Origin: Basidiobolus meristosporus CBS 931.73
Lineage: Eukaryota > Fungi > Basidiobolomycota
Direction of reading: 5' to 3'
Length of the DNA: 64,000 bases
Assembly (NCBI GenBank): GCA_002104905.1
Contig: MCFE01000302.1
Location: forward strand, 1 to 64,000
The position numbers and the translations under genes are program-made. The notes below the pieces were generated by a model. It made no database searches. It was not told where the DNA came from and saw only the letters and a list, made by a program, of their open reading frames with translations. Below, in pieces: positions 52,625 to 64,000 of this stretch; positions within the stretch are counted from its first letter, which is position 1, and each line of letters begins with the position of its first letter.

Positions 52625-54304
52625 AATATATTTGGTGAAAGATCTGAACAGACCTTGGTCAATGGCAGCTTTAGAAGTGATAACACCATCTTCTTGATTA
52701 TATCCAGTGTAAGACTGTATCATAACAACCAAGTTAACCCTGTTGGGTTGTTCCTCCATCTTTAAGGTGTCACACATCAAAGTATTAACAAGAGGAACTT
52801 GTGCATATTCAAAGAAATTGATGCCACCAGAAGTAATAGTAGAAGGAAAGTAAAGTTGCATACCTTGCTTAATTATGGCAGAAGCAAAAACATTACAAAC
52901 TGACTGGCTGTGATTGGCATAAGGAACCATAGAGGCAGAAATACCCACCATAACCCAAGGATGAATTTGCATTTGATTATACATTAGGTAGTGGCCATGA
53001 TACCCAATGTCACCCAAAAAGACTTGAGATTGCTCATCAAGATCAACAAATTCTATCTTACCAGTATCAAGAAGTTGAGACCAAGAGAGGCAAGTTAATT
53101 TGTTCCAATCTAAGGGGGGACCACAAAGTTTAAGCAAAGGTCTCATAAATTGGCCAGAAGAGGATTTAACATAGAAGATGCAGGGGATGTACCAGCATAA
53201 AACCCAACCATGGATTCATCAAAAAGTACAAGATACTTAACGTCACAATTATCATAGGATAAGTTTTCTTTCAACTAACTCCAGACATCAGAAAGTTGTG
53301 TGTCAGAAATGGTAGGAAGAAGGCAAGTGAGGGCAAGATGTTTGATAATACAAATGTTTTTACCCCTGGGAACTTCACACATATAGACATATCCTAACTA
53401 GGATGAATGTGGAGAAGCTGTTGACCTTCTTTAAGCATATTGACAAGTTCATCTTCCAAAAGAGTTCAAAGTCAATATTTGGAATTGGCGACTTTAATAG
53501 CACAAGTTAAGATTTGGTTGAGAAGGAGATTGGAAGCTTTACCAATCTTGTTACCATAATTGTCACAGTCCATAGGTTGAAGGAGACCCATTGCAGTCAT
53601 GAGAGCAAGATAAGTCAACAATATTGGGAGAGTGGGAGGGGAGGTATTTAGATTCAAGAATGCTTAGTTCATCAGGGGAGATGGTATTATCAGATTTGGT
53701 CATAGAAACTAAAAAGATAGTAGAGACAGTATTAACATGAGATCTGTTGGTGACAAGAAGGGCAAGGATCTTGTATATTTTACCAAAGCCAAAACCTGAA
53801 CTATTTATGACCCAATAAATAGAAAGACATTTGAGACCATTAAGATCATTGTGGGAGGAGGAGACATCAAAATAGAGATCAACAGAATTATTGACACAGA
53901 CACGTAAAGGAAGTGTGGAACCTTTAAGGCAAGTTTTGGAAGAGACAAGATTATCAGCAACAGAGATGTAAGGGATGAAGATGTTGTGTAATTCTTGAAT
54001 AAGAGCAACACATTTGATGCCATCAATGATGTAATAACCTTTGTTGTTGATGAGGGGAATATTGCAGACAGGTTTGCCATTGCAGTGGATGTGATGTCCT
54101 TTGTAAGTAAGTTGATGAATGATAGCATCATCAGAAGTTATTTTTAGGGGATGAATTTATGCCATAACCAAATTTATCTTCAAGTTTGGATTTGAATATT
54201 TCTAAGATGTGAGTATGGGAGCGCAAGATGTTAGCATCAAAACTGTATTCAAGGAAGAATTTTTGTAAATGGTTGGAGTAAAGATCAAAGAGGGAGGGAG
54301 GCAT
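52625..54304 (-). pseudogene. Compact, intronless DNA-directed RNA polymerase beta (Rpb2-like) pseudogene, probably virus- or plasmid-derived; 3' part removed
   Basis: Collinear Rpb2 motifs across frameshifts: DAIIHQLTY, NIP..KGYYIIDGIKCVALIQE, DCDNYGNK, EVP.GKNI.IIKHLALT, GQFMRPL, IEFVDLDE, IHPWVMVGISASMVPYANHSQSVCN, YTGYNQEDG, IDQGLFRS. Confidence 0.85.
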
Positions 54305-56969
54305 AATAGGGTGCTATATATTAGTGGTAGAGCAAGGATGAAGAGCTGCAAAATAATTCTAAGTAATAAGTTTAAATGTAATTAGTCAGCACAAGTAAAT
54401 TTAAACTGGGACTAATTGTGGTTTTGAAATTAAAGGCAAACTATCATGTTACCAAAAATACAATCTATTAATAGGGTTATGTCAGAGTTGTTTGATGAAT
54501 CAAAGGTATATTTGTCAGAGCCATTAGCAACAGGAGGGCCATATATAAGAAGATTGGTAATGTATATATACAAAGGGTAGACAGATCCAAAGGGTTTGTG
54601 CATTACAACAGTAAGAAGTCCAGAGGGGCTAATGTTATGATACAGTGGATTATATGAATTGCACAAGGGGAGACAGAAAAAGGAAAAACCTTTTGGTTAA
54701 CTAGAATAGTAACATTATACAGTACTAGCGGTAGGCTGCCATATTGCCACTGAAATACTGTCAGGTTTTTTGCCGTATAAGGCAATTGGATGTCCTGGCT
54801 GGTTGGATCCAATTAAAGTAGTTGTAGAGTGCAATAAAATTGCAACAATGCCATGCAATTATCATCACAGCACCTATCAAATCTTGTCAAGTTTTATAAC
54901 ATTATTGGGCAGTAAAATTAGCAAAACACTGTTGTAATCTTGTCATACAATTGTTAAGAGGGTCACTAATTCCAAGCTGTGTAACATAAGGATACCATAT
55001 ATGGTATGAAAGTGTTAGGGATAATGATGTGGCTTTGTCATGTGTTACATGTACTGGAGCAGGTACTTGCCTAATATAGAAGCACTAACATCAAGTAATC
55101 TTACATAAAGTGAGGGATAACATATGCAATAAGGTAAGCAGTTGTGATAATCAGCCAGCTTATGGGAGAGTCTGATCAAGTAAGACAAATAGGATAAAAC
55201 TAATATAAGGGTAGTAAAAAATGGGGTAGTAGAAAATATTGGAATGAGCACATCTGTCAGTGGGTGTCACTGTGACCCCACTATACATTGTTTGCCTGCT
55301 TGTCCCTAATTGGCACTCTTCCAGCTACCTGACATCTCATTGATGCCTGTCTGGAGCTTTTGGCTCTGCTTCTAACAGGCTCTTAAGGAAGCTGCTGGTT
55401 TTCATTTGTGGCACCCTTGTTCTTCTGCCTTTGGTAGTTTCTGCTATTCAAAGGATACTTTCTTAGCATACTAATGCTGGCCCAAAATCTGTTTGCCTGC
55501 TTGAATCTTGGATAATGCTTATGGAACATGGCAAGTGCATTCTGCTTGGCCTTGAGTTCCCAATTGTCCCATGATATGCTGGGCTTAAAGTGATGGCATG
55601 CTAGACTTCTGTTGGCCTATTGAATATTAGATCCCTCTTCATTATTGCACTTGATGGCTTCACAGATCTACAACATCTTTTGATTCTTAGGCTTTGGTAT
55701 AAGCATCAGATTGTCTCCCTCCCAAGCTGTGATAGGTTTTTCTGTGGGCTTTATCTTTGGTCACAGTTGTTGTGCTTCAATGACTGAACATTATTCCTCT
55801 GCTGTTACATCAGAAAATGACTCAATTCTTGTATGTGAGATTGATTTACTTGAGTTCCTTCCTTGCAGCAAAGATACTGCTTTCTCTACCTGGAATATTG
55901 ATTGCTCTGCATGTATTATTTGCTCATCCTGTTTTTGGACTATTTCCTGATTTCTCTGGGCTATTGCACTACCCTATCTGCCACTGCACCTAATTGCTTA
56001 ATTAATGCTTTGGTATGAGCTGGCAACATACATGCCAATATGGGTAGTGGTGATGTTATGACAGCCACTTTCTGGTCTTCAACTGAAGGCACTGCACTTG
56101 CTAAATTTTCATCTACCTGAGCATAACAGTCGGTTTGCAGCTCTGCAGAGGTTCTCAATTGCCTACTTGACTCAGTGACTGAGGAGTCTGCAATATGACC
56201 TTCAGTGGGCACACTGCTAGCATGGCCTTTGTTGGATGTAGCCCTGCTTGTTGCACTCAATGTCAAAGCAAGCTGCTGTCCAACTGTTCTTCTGCTGCCA
56301 TCAGCAGTGGGGTTTAGTGGGGAACCAGGCAACTTTACTTTATTTTTTGGCAGCATATATATGGAAGTGAGTCAAACCAAAGGGGAAATGGTATTACATA
56401 TACATGTGTATACAGTGCCAAAACTTTATTAGTAATGCTCACTTTGGCAGGTCATCATTGAATCCTACATTGATGTAGGTGCAATGTCTCAAATACAATA
56501 CTGTCTTAAGTTCCCATGAGTATTGACCAAAAAGTGATATAATAGCATTTTGTTGTTGACAGTCAAACTGTTTGCCCTATGGACAAGACTACTTTGATTA
56601 AACAACATAAGAGAAGGGGAAAAAGACCATGTGGCTATTGTAATAAACCTCTCAACCATGAAACATGCAGACAGCATAGGAAGTATCACAAGGATCACGG
56701 CCAGTGTTTTGCCACACAAGTCATATCTGACCATTCATTGGTCACTACTGTACCAACATTATCTGCCTGGCCAGTTGATACTTCTATATTATCACCTGGC
56801 CATCTTTGTCACCTTGCACAAACTGAGTCAGGTGAGCTTGTGATGCCTTTAGGCTAACCTCAACCTTCCAAAAATGGCACACAGAGTGATAGCTCTGACA
56901 AAGATGGTTAACAGATGGATTGTAAGCCTATCTCCCCTAACAGCAGTACCACATATGTGCCTGGTCAAG

Positions 56970-57338
56970 TGTTATGATCTACCACTTAAATGTTTAAGTT
57001 AGATTAGTTTTTAGTTAAATTAATTAGTTTTATGTTTAGCCTATCAGTACATCAGTGTTATCTCTCAAATCAGTAGTATTAGTCAGCAGATGAATTAGCA
57101 GATCATGATCAGACAGAAATAGTTATATTAAATAGGATCCAATTGGGTGATGATGATGCAATCAAATGAGTCATCAGCCACAGCCTACATTAGGAAATAC
57201 AATTAGTCAGCAAATGATCTGGCAAAATGTATATAAGGAGCTGCTGGAACCTCAATAAAAAGCAGTTCAAGTTTTAGTGAATACAATACTAGCTAAACTC
57301 CCTATTCCTCTACAACTCTTATACCAAGACTTGTAACA
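56970..57338 (+). repeat. Gypsy 5' LTR
   Basis: TGTTATGATC...CTTGTAACA. Confidence 0.95.
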
Positions 57339-60300
57339 TTGGTAGCAGCAATAACCAGAAACCTCCCTCCTGAAGAAAGAAGAAACCACCCTCAAGATGA
57401 TGGACAATCAAGAATGGAAGAATGCCATGCAGCAAATCCTGGCCCAACAGCAACAGTTACTCCAGATCCTCAGCCAACAGCAACAAGGAATGACTACCAT
57501 AGCTCAGAGCCAGCAAAGCCCTGTCATGAGCAACTTTAGTGTAAAGGTCAACCGGTACCATGGCAGAGTCAACAAAAACCTGGGAACTTGGCTCTTTCAG
57601 ATTGAAGAAGCTTTTAAAGCTAAAGGAATTGCTCCAGAAAGCAAGTTGCTTTATGCAGCTTCTTACCTGGCAGATTCAGCTTTACAGTGGTACCACAACA
57701 AGATCAGGTCAGCCACTATGATGGGATGCTCTACAATCTCTACCTGGGATGAGTTTGTGTCAGAAATTCAGGATGCCTTTGAGCCCCCACACCAACAGAC
57801 ACTACTAAGAAGAAAGTTGAAGACACTCAGATAAAAAGGAATGATCCAAGAGTACATCTATGAATATAGATGTCTACTTAGGCAAATTGAAAGAATGGAC
57901 CCTCTGGATCAAGTTGAATACTTTATTGATGGATTGAAAGAAAGAACTTGTAAGGAAGTGAATTATTGAAGACCTCAGACTATTGAAGAAGCCATCAAGA
58001 TTGCCATTGACTATGACTCAGCTATGTTTGGAGTTGGGAAGCCTACAATGACTAATCAGATAGGCTACAATCACTATGAGAGAAAACAATCAGAAGCAGC
58101 GCCAATGGAAATAGATGCTATGCAGAAGAATCCTACCTCAGAAGAATGTAAGAAGTAAGGACTTTGCTTCAATTGCCACCAGCAAGGACATATTGCAAAG
58201 TACTGCCCTCAGAGAAGAAATGGACACCAGCCAACAAGAACCTTCAACCATATTGAGTCCCATGAACACAGTAATGTGGAAGATGAGCATGAAGAAGACT
58301 TGGAACTCACCTTCCATATGACAGAAGAGTACTTGTCCCAAATGACCTCAAACTCAGGGAAGTTATTGTACTTGAATGGAGTAATCAATGGAGTACCTGG
58401 CAATATCATGATTGACTGAGGAGCATTGCATGAGTACATGTCAGAGCAATTTGCTCTGAAAGCTGGAATCAACTTGGAACCTACCAAATCAACCTCAGTC
58501 TGAACAGCTGATGGGAACTCTGACATAATCAACCGTATTACTCAGCCAGTAAGAATGAGGAGCAATGACTATGAAGAAGACCTACAGGCTTATATATTTG
58601 GGAACTGCAAGTTTGACCTTGTACTTGGAAAAACCTGGCTATTTTGTTGTAATCCATCAATCAACTGGAGAACCCATGCTACTCAGATCCAAAAGGACAA
58701 CAAGACCTATGAGCTAATACCTGCCAGGCTGGATTTCAACTTGGTCAATTCCAGTATGTGTGAGACAAGTGAACTTAGCAAGACCCAGTTCTGTAGAGCA
58801 CTTAGAAAAGGTACTCAGATGTTCCACATGGCAGTATTACATGAGGATTCCTCTACCCCAGCACCCCAGCAGGTCCAGACTCTCTTGAAAAAATATTCAC
58901 ATGTGTTTCCAAATGAGCTTGTGAGCCCACCACCAGACAGAGATGTGGATCATGCCATTGACACAGGAGATAGCCCTCCAGTGAGCAAGACACCTTACAG
59001 AATGAGTCCATTGGAATTGGAGGAAATGAAGAGACAAATTGATCAGCTATTGGAGCAAGGATATATCAGACCCAGCAAGTCACCTTGGGGAGCACCAGTG
59101 CTTTTTGTGGAGAAGAAGAATGGAACACTTAGGATGTGCGTTGACTACAGAGCCCTGAACTCAGTTACCGTCAAGAATGAGTACCCCATACCTTGGATTG
59201 ATGAGCTTTTGAGCCAATTTAATGGAGCCACCATATTCAGCAAGATTGACCTCATGTCAGGATATAACCAGATTAGGGTGAAACCAGAAGATATCCCTAA
59301 GACAGCATTCAGGACCAGATATGGACATTACAAGTACTTAGTCATGAGTTTTAGCCTTACCAATGCCCCTGCAACATTCATGACCCTGATGCAGACTGTC
59401 TTCCCAGAGTACTTAGACAAGTTTGTGATAATCTATCTAGATGACATATTGATATACAGCAAGACAGAAGAGGATCACTTGGTACACATTGAAAAGGTCT
59501 TGAAGAAGCTAAGAGAGAACAAGCTATACGGAAAGCTAGCTAAGTGTGAATTCTTCAAGGAACATGTTGAATATCTGGGACTCATAGTGACTAGCACAGG
59601 AGTGACCTTAGACCCTAAGAAGGTTGAAGTTATCAAGAATTTGAAGCAGACCCATAGCATATCAGAATTCAGATCATTCCTTGGAATAGCATCCTATTAT
59701 TGGAGATTTGTCAAGTCCTTTGCAAGCATTGCAGCCTCTTTAACTGATATCCTCAAGAAAGACAACACCTATAAGTGGGACATAGCCTGCAAGACTGTGT
59801 TTCAGATGCTCACAAATGAACTCGCTAAGCCGCCAAGCTTAAGAATACCAGACTTCAGAAAAGAGTTTACCCTGTGCACAGCTGCTTCAGATTATGCAAT
59901 GGGTGGAGTACTAAGCCAAGAACACAAGGGAAAGGACTACCCAGTTGCCTTTGAGTCCAGGAAACTGAACTCAGCAGAACAAAATTATGCTGTGCATGAG
60001 AAGGAGATACTTGCTATAATACACTGCCTGAAGACATGGAGATGCTATATTGGAGGAGTCAAATGCACTGTAAAGACTGATCATGTCTCACTGAAATATA
60101 TATTTAATCAGAAGGTTCTATCCAGAAGAATGACAAGATGGAGTGAATACATTCAGCAATTTGACTTGGACATTGCCTACTGCCAAGGGAAAAACAACAC
60201 GGTTGCTGATGCCTAATCAAGACTAGAACAAGTGGCACAACTCAACTTGGTGCATGAATTAGATTGGCCTAGCTTATTACCACAATACTTGGAGGACCAA

Positions 60301-61540
60301 GCCATTCCTAATGAGGTGGATGAAGAGATACAGAAGATAACCTGGGATGAAGCCAGCAAATTTGTTGTACAGGACAAAACACTCTACCAAATTGTTGATG
60401 GAAGCCCTATTGCCCATTGTCCTTATGTTGCTTGCCTGGATTTAATACATAAGCTACACAATGGATAAGGACATCTTGGGATTGAAGGAACTTATAGCCT
60501 TGTGAAAGCCAAAGCATGGTAGCCCAGAATAAAACAAGATATTGAGAAGTTAGTGAAAACATGACCAAACTGCCATATCAATCAAGGCCAGCTACAAAGA
60601 ATTGCCAAACTCTTCCCTTTGGAGCCTATAGACCATTTGAGAGATAGGGAATTGACTTTATTGGAAGACTGCCAACCACCAGGAAATACAACTGTTGGAT
60701 CCTGCTAGCAATTGACCATGCCACTAGATGGTCAGTTGCTAAAGCTGTACCAATAGCCAGTGAGCACGAAGTTGCAAGTTTCATTTACCATGAGATCCTG
60801 ATGAAGTTTGAATGCCCTGTGGAAATCTTATCTGATAGAGGAGCAAACTCTATGGCAAAGACATTAGAGGCTTACCTGGAAATGCAGCAGGTTAAACACT
60901 TGAAAACCTTGGCATATCACCCCAGAACTAATGAAGTCACTGAACACTTTAATGGATTATTTGGAAAAATGCTGACCAAGTATGCAAATGGAGCTGTCAG
61001 TAGATGGGATGAGTATATAGATCAAGCACTTTTGGCCTGCAGAGTTAGAGTGCACAACACTACCCAATAATCACCATTATACTTAGTGTATGGATGTGAA
61101 CCAAGGATTCCAGGAGATCTCACACAACCCAAGCTTACAGATGCCTTAGAAGATAAACTTAGTCAGCTCAGTAGACACCAGCAATTTGAAACAAAGATGA
61201 CAAGAGGCACAGGCCAAAGTATCTCAAAGTGCAGAAAAGATGAAGCAGAGATTTGATAAGACTATAGCACCAGAAGCATTGACAGTTGGGAACTTTGTAT
61301 TACTAAGAAACAACATTTGGAAGAAGTTTGAGCCACAATGGACAGGACCATTCAAGATCATCTGAGAATGTCCATTTGCAACTAACCAACTAGTGGATAA
61401 ACAAGGGAATATCTGGGAAGATTTATTTCACAGAGACAGACTCAATCTTGCAAGACTTGCTGACAATACTGAACCATCACAATATTGGTATCACAAGAAA
61501 AGAGATTCAAGAGAACCCTCTCAACTTTGGTGGGGGAGAA

Positions 61541-61909
61541 TGTTATGATCTACCGCTTGAATATTTAAGTTAGATCAGCTTTTAGTTAAGTCACTTATTT
61601 TTATGTTGAGCCTATCAGTACATCAGTGTTATCTCTCAAATCAGTAGTATTAGTCAGCAGATGAATTAGCAGATCCTTATCAGGCAGAAATAGTTATATT
61701 AAATAGGATCCAATTGGGTGATGATGATGCAATCAAATGAGTCATCAGCCACAGCCTACATTAGGAAATACAATTAGTCAGCAAATGATCTGGCAAAATG
61801 TATATAAGGAGCTGCTGGAACCTCAATAAAAAGCAGTTCAAGTTTTTGTGAATACAATACTAGCTAAACTCCCTATTCCTCTACAACTCTTATACCAAGA
61901 CTTGTAACA
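61541..61909 (+). repeat. Gypsy 3' LTR
   Basis: Direct repeat of 56970-57338. Confidence 0.95.
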
Positions 61910-64000
61910 AAAGTCCCAATATGCAATGAATAACACCCATTGAGACAAATGCCAAGAATTCTCTGTGGAGCCAAGTGAGTCCAGTAATCCATCTACAGGT
62001 GAATGATGTAATGTTGTTGCTAGAGAAGTGGTGTGTTTCCACAAAATTCAGTGCTGGGTTTTTGAGGATTTATTATTACTTCTTGGCTAAGTCATTCCAG
62101 GATGCAACTTAAAATTTACATGGTACAAGTGGACAACTGTCAAGTGGTTGGCAACATATGACCCAGAGACTGTCCTGATTCCAGCATGTGTTAACAGTTT
62201 CATGGCACTCAAATTCAAAAATGCTACCATTTAAACGTGTCCAAATTGTCAGGAATCCAACCCATTGAGGTAAAACATTGTTCACACACCAGATAAATTC
62301 CAGAAATACCCTCTATAAAGTAGCTAATGCAGTCTAACAATATTGTAAAGCTACACCATACCGCATTCAGTATCAATGAAGGGCAAACATACCCAACATG
62401 TTCAATGGCAATTATTACAAACAGCTAAAAAGCAAGGGCTACTTTGAAGGTATGTATGACCATATCTTTGCTTTATCACTTGATGGATTCTCACTAAGCA
62501 AGTACTCTACCAGCAAATCCAGCTGGCCACTGATTCTCATCAATCCAAATCTGCCACCCATCTTGCGGTATCCAAGCAATAATCTGATGGTAGTCTCACT
62601 GGTATCTGAGCCTCAATCACTGTCCAGCCTGATTAACTGCCTGTATTCATTGCTAGATAAATTTTATATGCTTTCCGGCAGGATATCAGTAAATGGCCAT
62701 CATGTAAAAGCACATATTATTGTCTGCATTGGAAATACCCCAGCTATTAGCAAGATAACAGGTTTTTCTGGGCTCAATGGATAGTGTTGCTGTCAAATGT
62801 GTGAGATTCAGGGAACTTACATCATAAATCACACACACTGTCATTACCCAGATACCAGCACTAAGTACATCATATTGCCACAGAAAGAATGTACGGAAGC
62901 CAGCATGCAGTTGCAGCAAAGTTGGCAAGCTATAAGCCATTGGTCAGAATATGGAATCAATTGGAAACCTGAGATACTTAAGATAGAGGGTATCTGTTGG
63001 AGCAAAAGCTTTCCACTAGGAACAATGCAATTGCTTTTCAACAATATTCCTGTACTTATGACCAAGCTGTATATGGGCATTTCAGCTAAATGAGCCCTTT
63101 GAGATACTGGAGAAGTTTGAAAGAATTGGCAAGATGCCACAGAGTATCTGCTACCCTAAGTACTTCTCATGGGCTCCAATCAATATTCATACACATTTGC
63201 AAAAATACAAATGCAAAAAATTGAATGAACTGGATACATATTTATTCAAGTGACGTTCTGAGGCCATTCCTACCAAGATTACATTGAAAACATTGGGAGT
63301 CATATGCGGACATTGTAGGAATATTTATCCAGAAGCAGATCACTAAAGCCAACCTGATGCATCTACAGCTGTAGTGCAAGCAGTTTGTAACAGGTTTTGA
63401 GCGGCTATACTACAGATATTTAGCAGAATGCATGGATATTCTGCTGTTACTGTACCCTCTCTGCACTCTATCTTGCACAGTGTGTGGAGAATATTGGGCC
63501 TGCTTCACCTTTTCAGAATTTACTATGGAGTTGATTTGCGAGGAGATAGGAAGACAAGTCAAGTTGCAGGTACTACCATATCCCAATCTCATCAAGAATA
63601 TTACCTCCATGTAGGACTTGAGTTGAGCAGGGAGAGGGAATACACTGGCCGGGTTCCAAAAAGTACTCTGCAGTTATTCAAGAGAAATTCATTGCAAAGG
63701 TGGTGGCAATCAAGTATATGTTTGCAGGATCTTTATGTTAACAGAAGTACAAGATGTATGGCAGCTTTGCAGGTATTATACTGCAAAGCCATAAAGTTGC
63801 AGTGTAGGAAATGTGTCAATTGCAGCAGGTATGTGTCTGTGTGATGGTGTCTAGGCAGGAGATGGTAATTTTTTTTGATTTTAATTATATGTGGAATATT
63901 CACAGTTGTAGTGGGTTGGCAAAAAAGTTGAGGTGAATCAACAATGATAGATATAAATGGCATAAGGGAAGGTAGCAAAATGAAATACCCTTTGGCAAAT

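Larger units (their letters stand above)
56970..61909 (+). mobile_element. Ty3/gypsy LTR retrotransposon, full length but with stops and frameshifts
   Basis: 369-bp TG..CA LTRs, PBS TGGTAGC, PPT GGTGGGGGAGAA, imperfect 4-bp TSD CAAG/AAAG; gag, zinc knuckle (CFNCHQQGH), RT (SPWGAPV, RMCVDYRALN, YLDDILIYS), RNase H, integrase (LSDRG, AYHPRTN). Confidence 0.96.
55290..64000 (+). mobile_element. Second degenerate CACTA/EnSpm-like element (accessory ORF on -, transposase on +), interrupted by gypsy; runs off the window
   Basis: ALSLDGF..SSWPLILINPNLPPILRY..NLMVVSLV, GNTPAISKITGFSGLNG (62398-62784); YD..CVN and CPNC motifs near 62150-62260. Confidence 0.75.

Noticed and set aside
1-64000. tRNA, rRNA genes or CRISPR arrays
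   Set aside because: No T-loop/cloverleaf, rRNA or repeat-spacer pattern seen; the DNA is eukaryotic.

Overview
Eukaryotic (fungal) genomic DNA with short GT-AG introns; gene content and intron style suggest an early-diverging fungus, possibly a Basidiobolus-like zoopagomycete (inference only). The window has two halves. About 1-31.9 kb is gene-dense with normal CpG content: RPS4, capping protein alpha, dCMP deaminase, an ERT1/AcuK-like Zn2Cys6-PAS factor, a Pho80-like cyclin, RPL9, NPT1, a secreted Lys/Tyr/Pro repeat protein, a Gfd2-like nuclease, eIF2-beta, an unannotated 61-aa three-exon microprotein, GMP synthase and orphans. About 31.9-64 kb is a CpG-depleted nest of transposons: CACTA remnants, several copies of a PIF/Harbinger-superfamily (PHIS) element with ANT target duplications (Pangu-type), a 736-bp foldback MITE, a Ty1/copia and a Ty3/gypsy element. 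The top findings are (i) a decayed, intronless, unusually compact RNA polymerase beta (Rpb2-like) gene at 52.6-54.3 kb that looks like an endogenised DNA-virus or linear-plasmid relic, (ii) the secreted 11-11-12-periodic Lys/Tyr protein, (iii) an intact transposase ORF with zero CpG inside an otherwise CpG-rich element, and (iv) direct evidence of CpG-targeted C-to-T decay of repeats. All calls were made by eye from the sequence and ORF track; no database searches were run.
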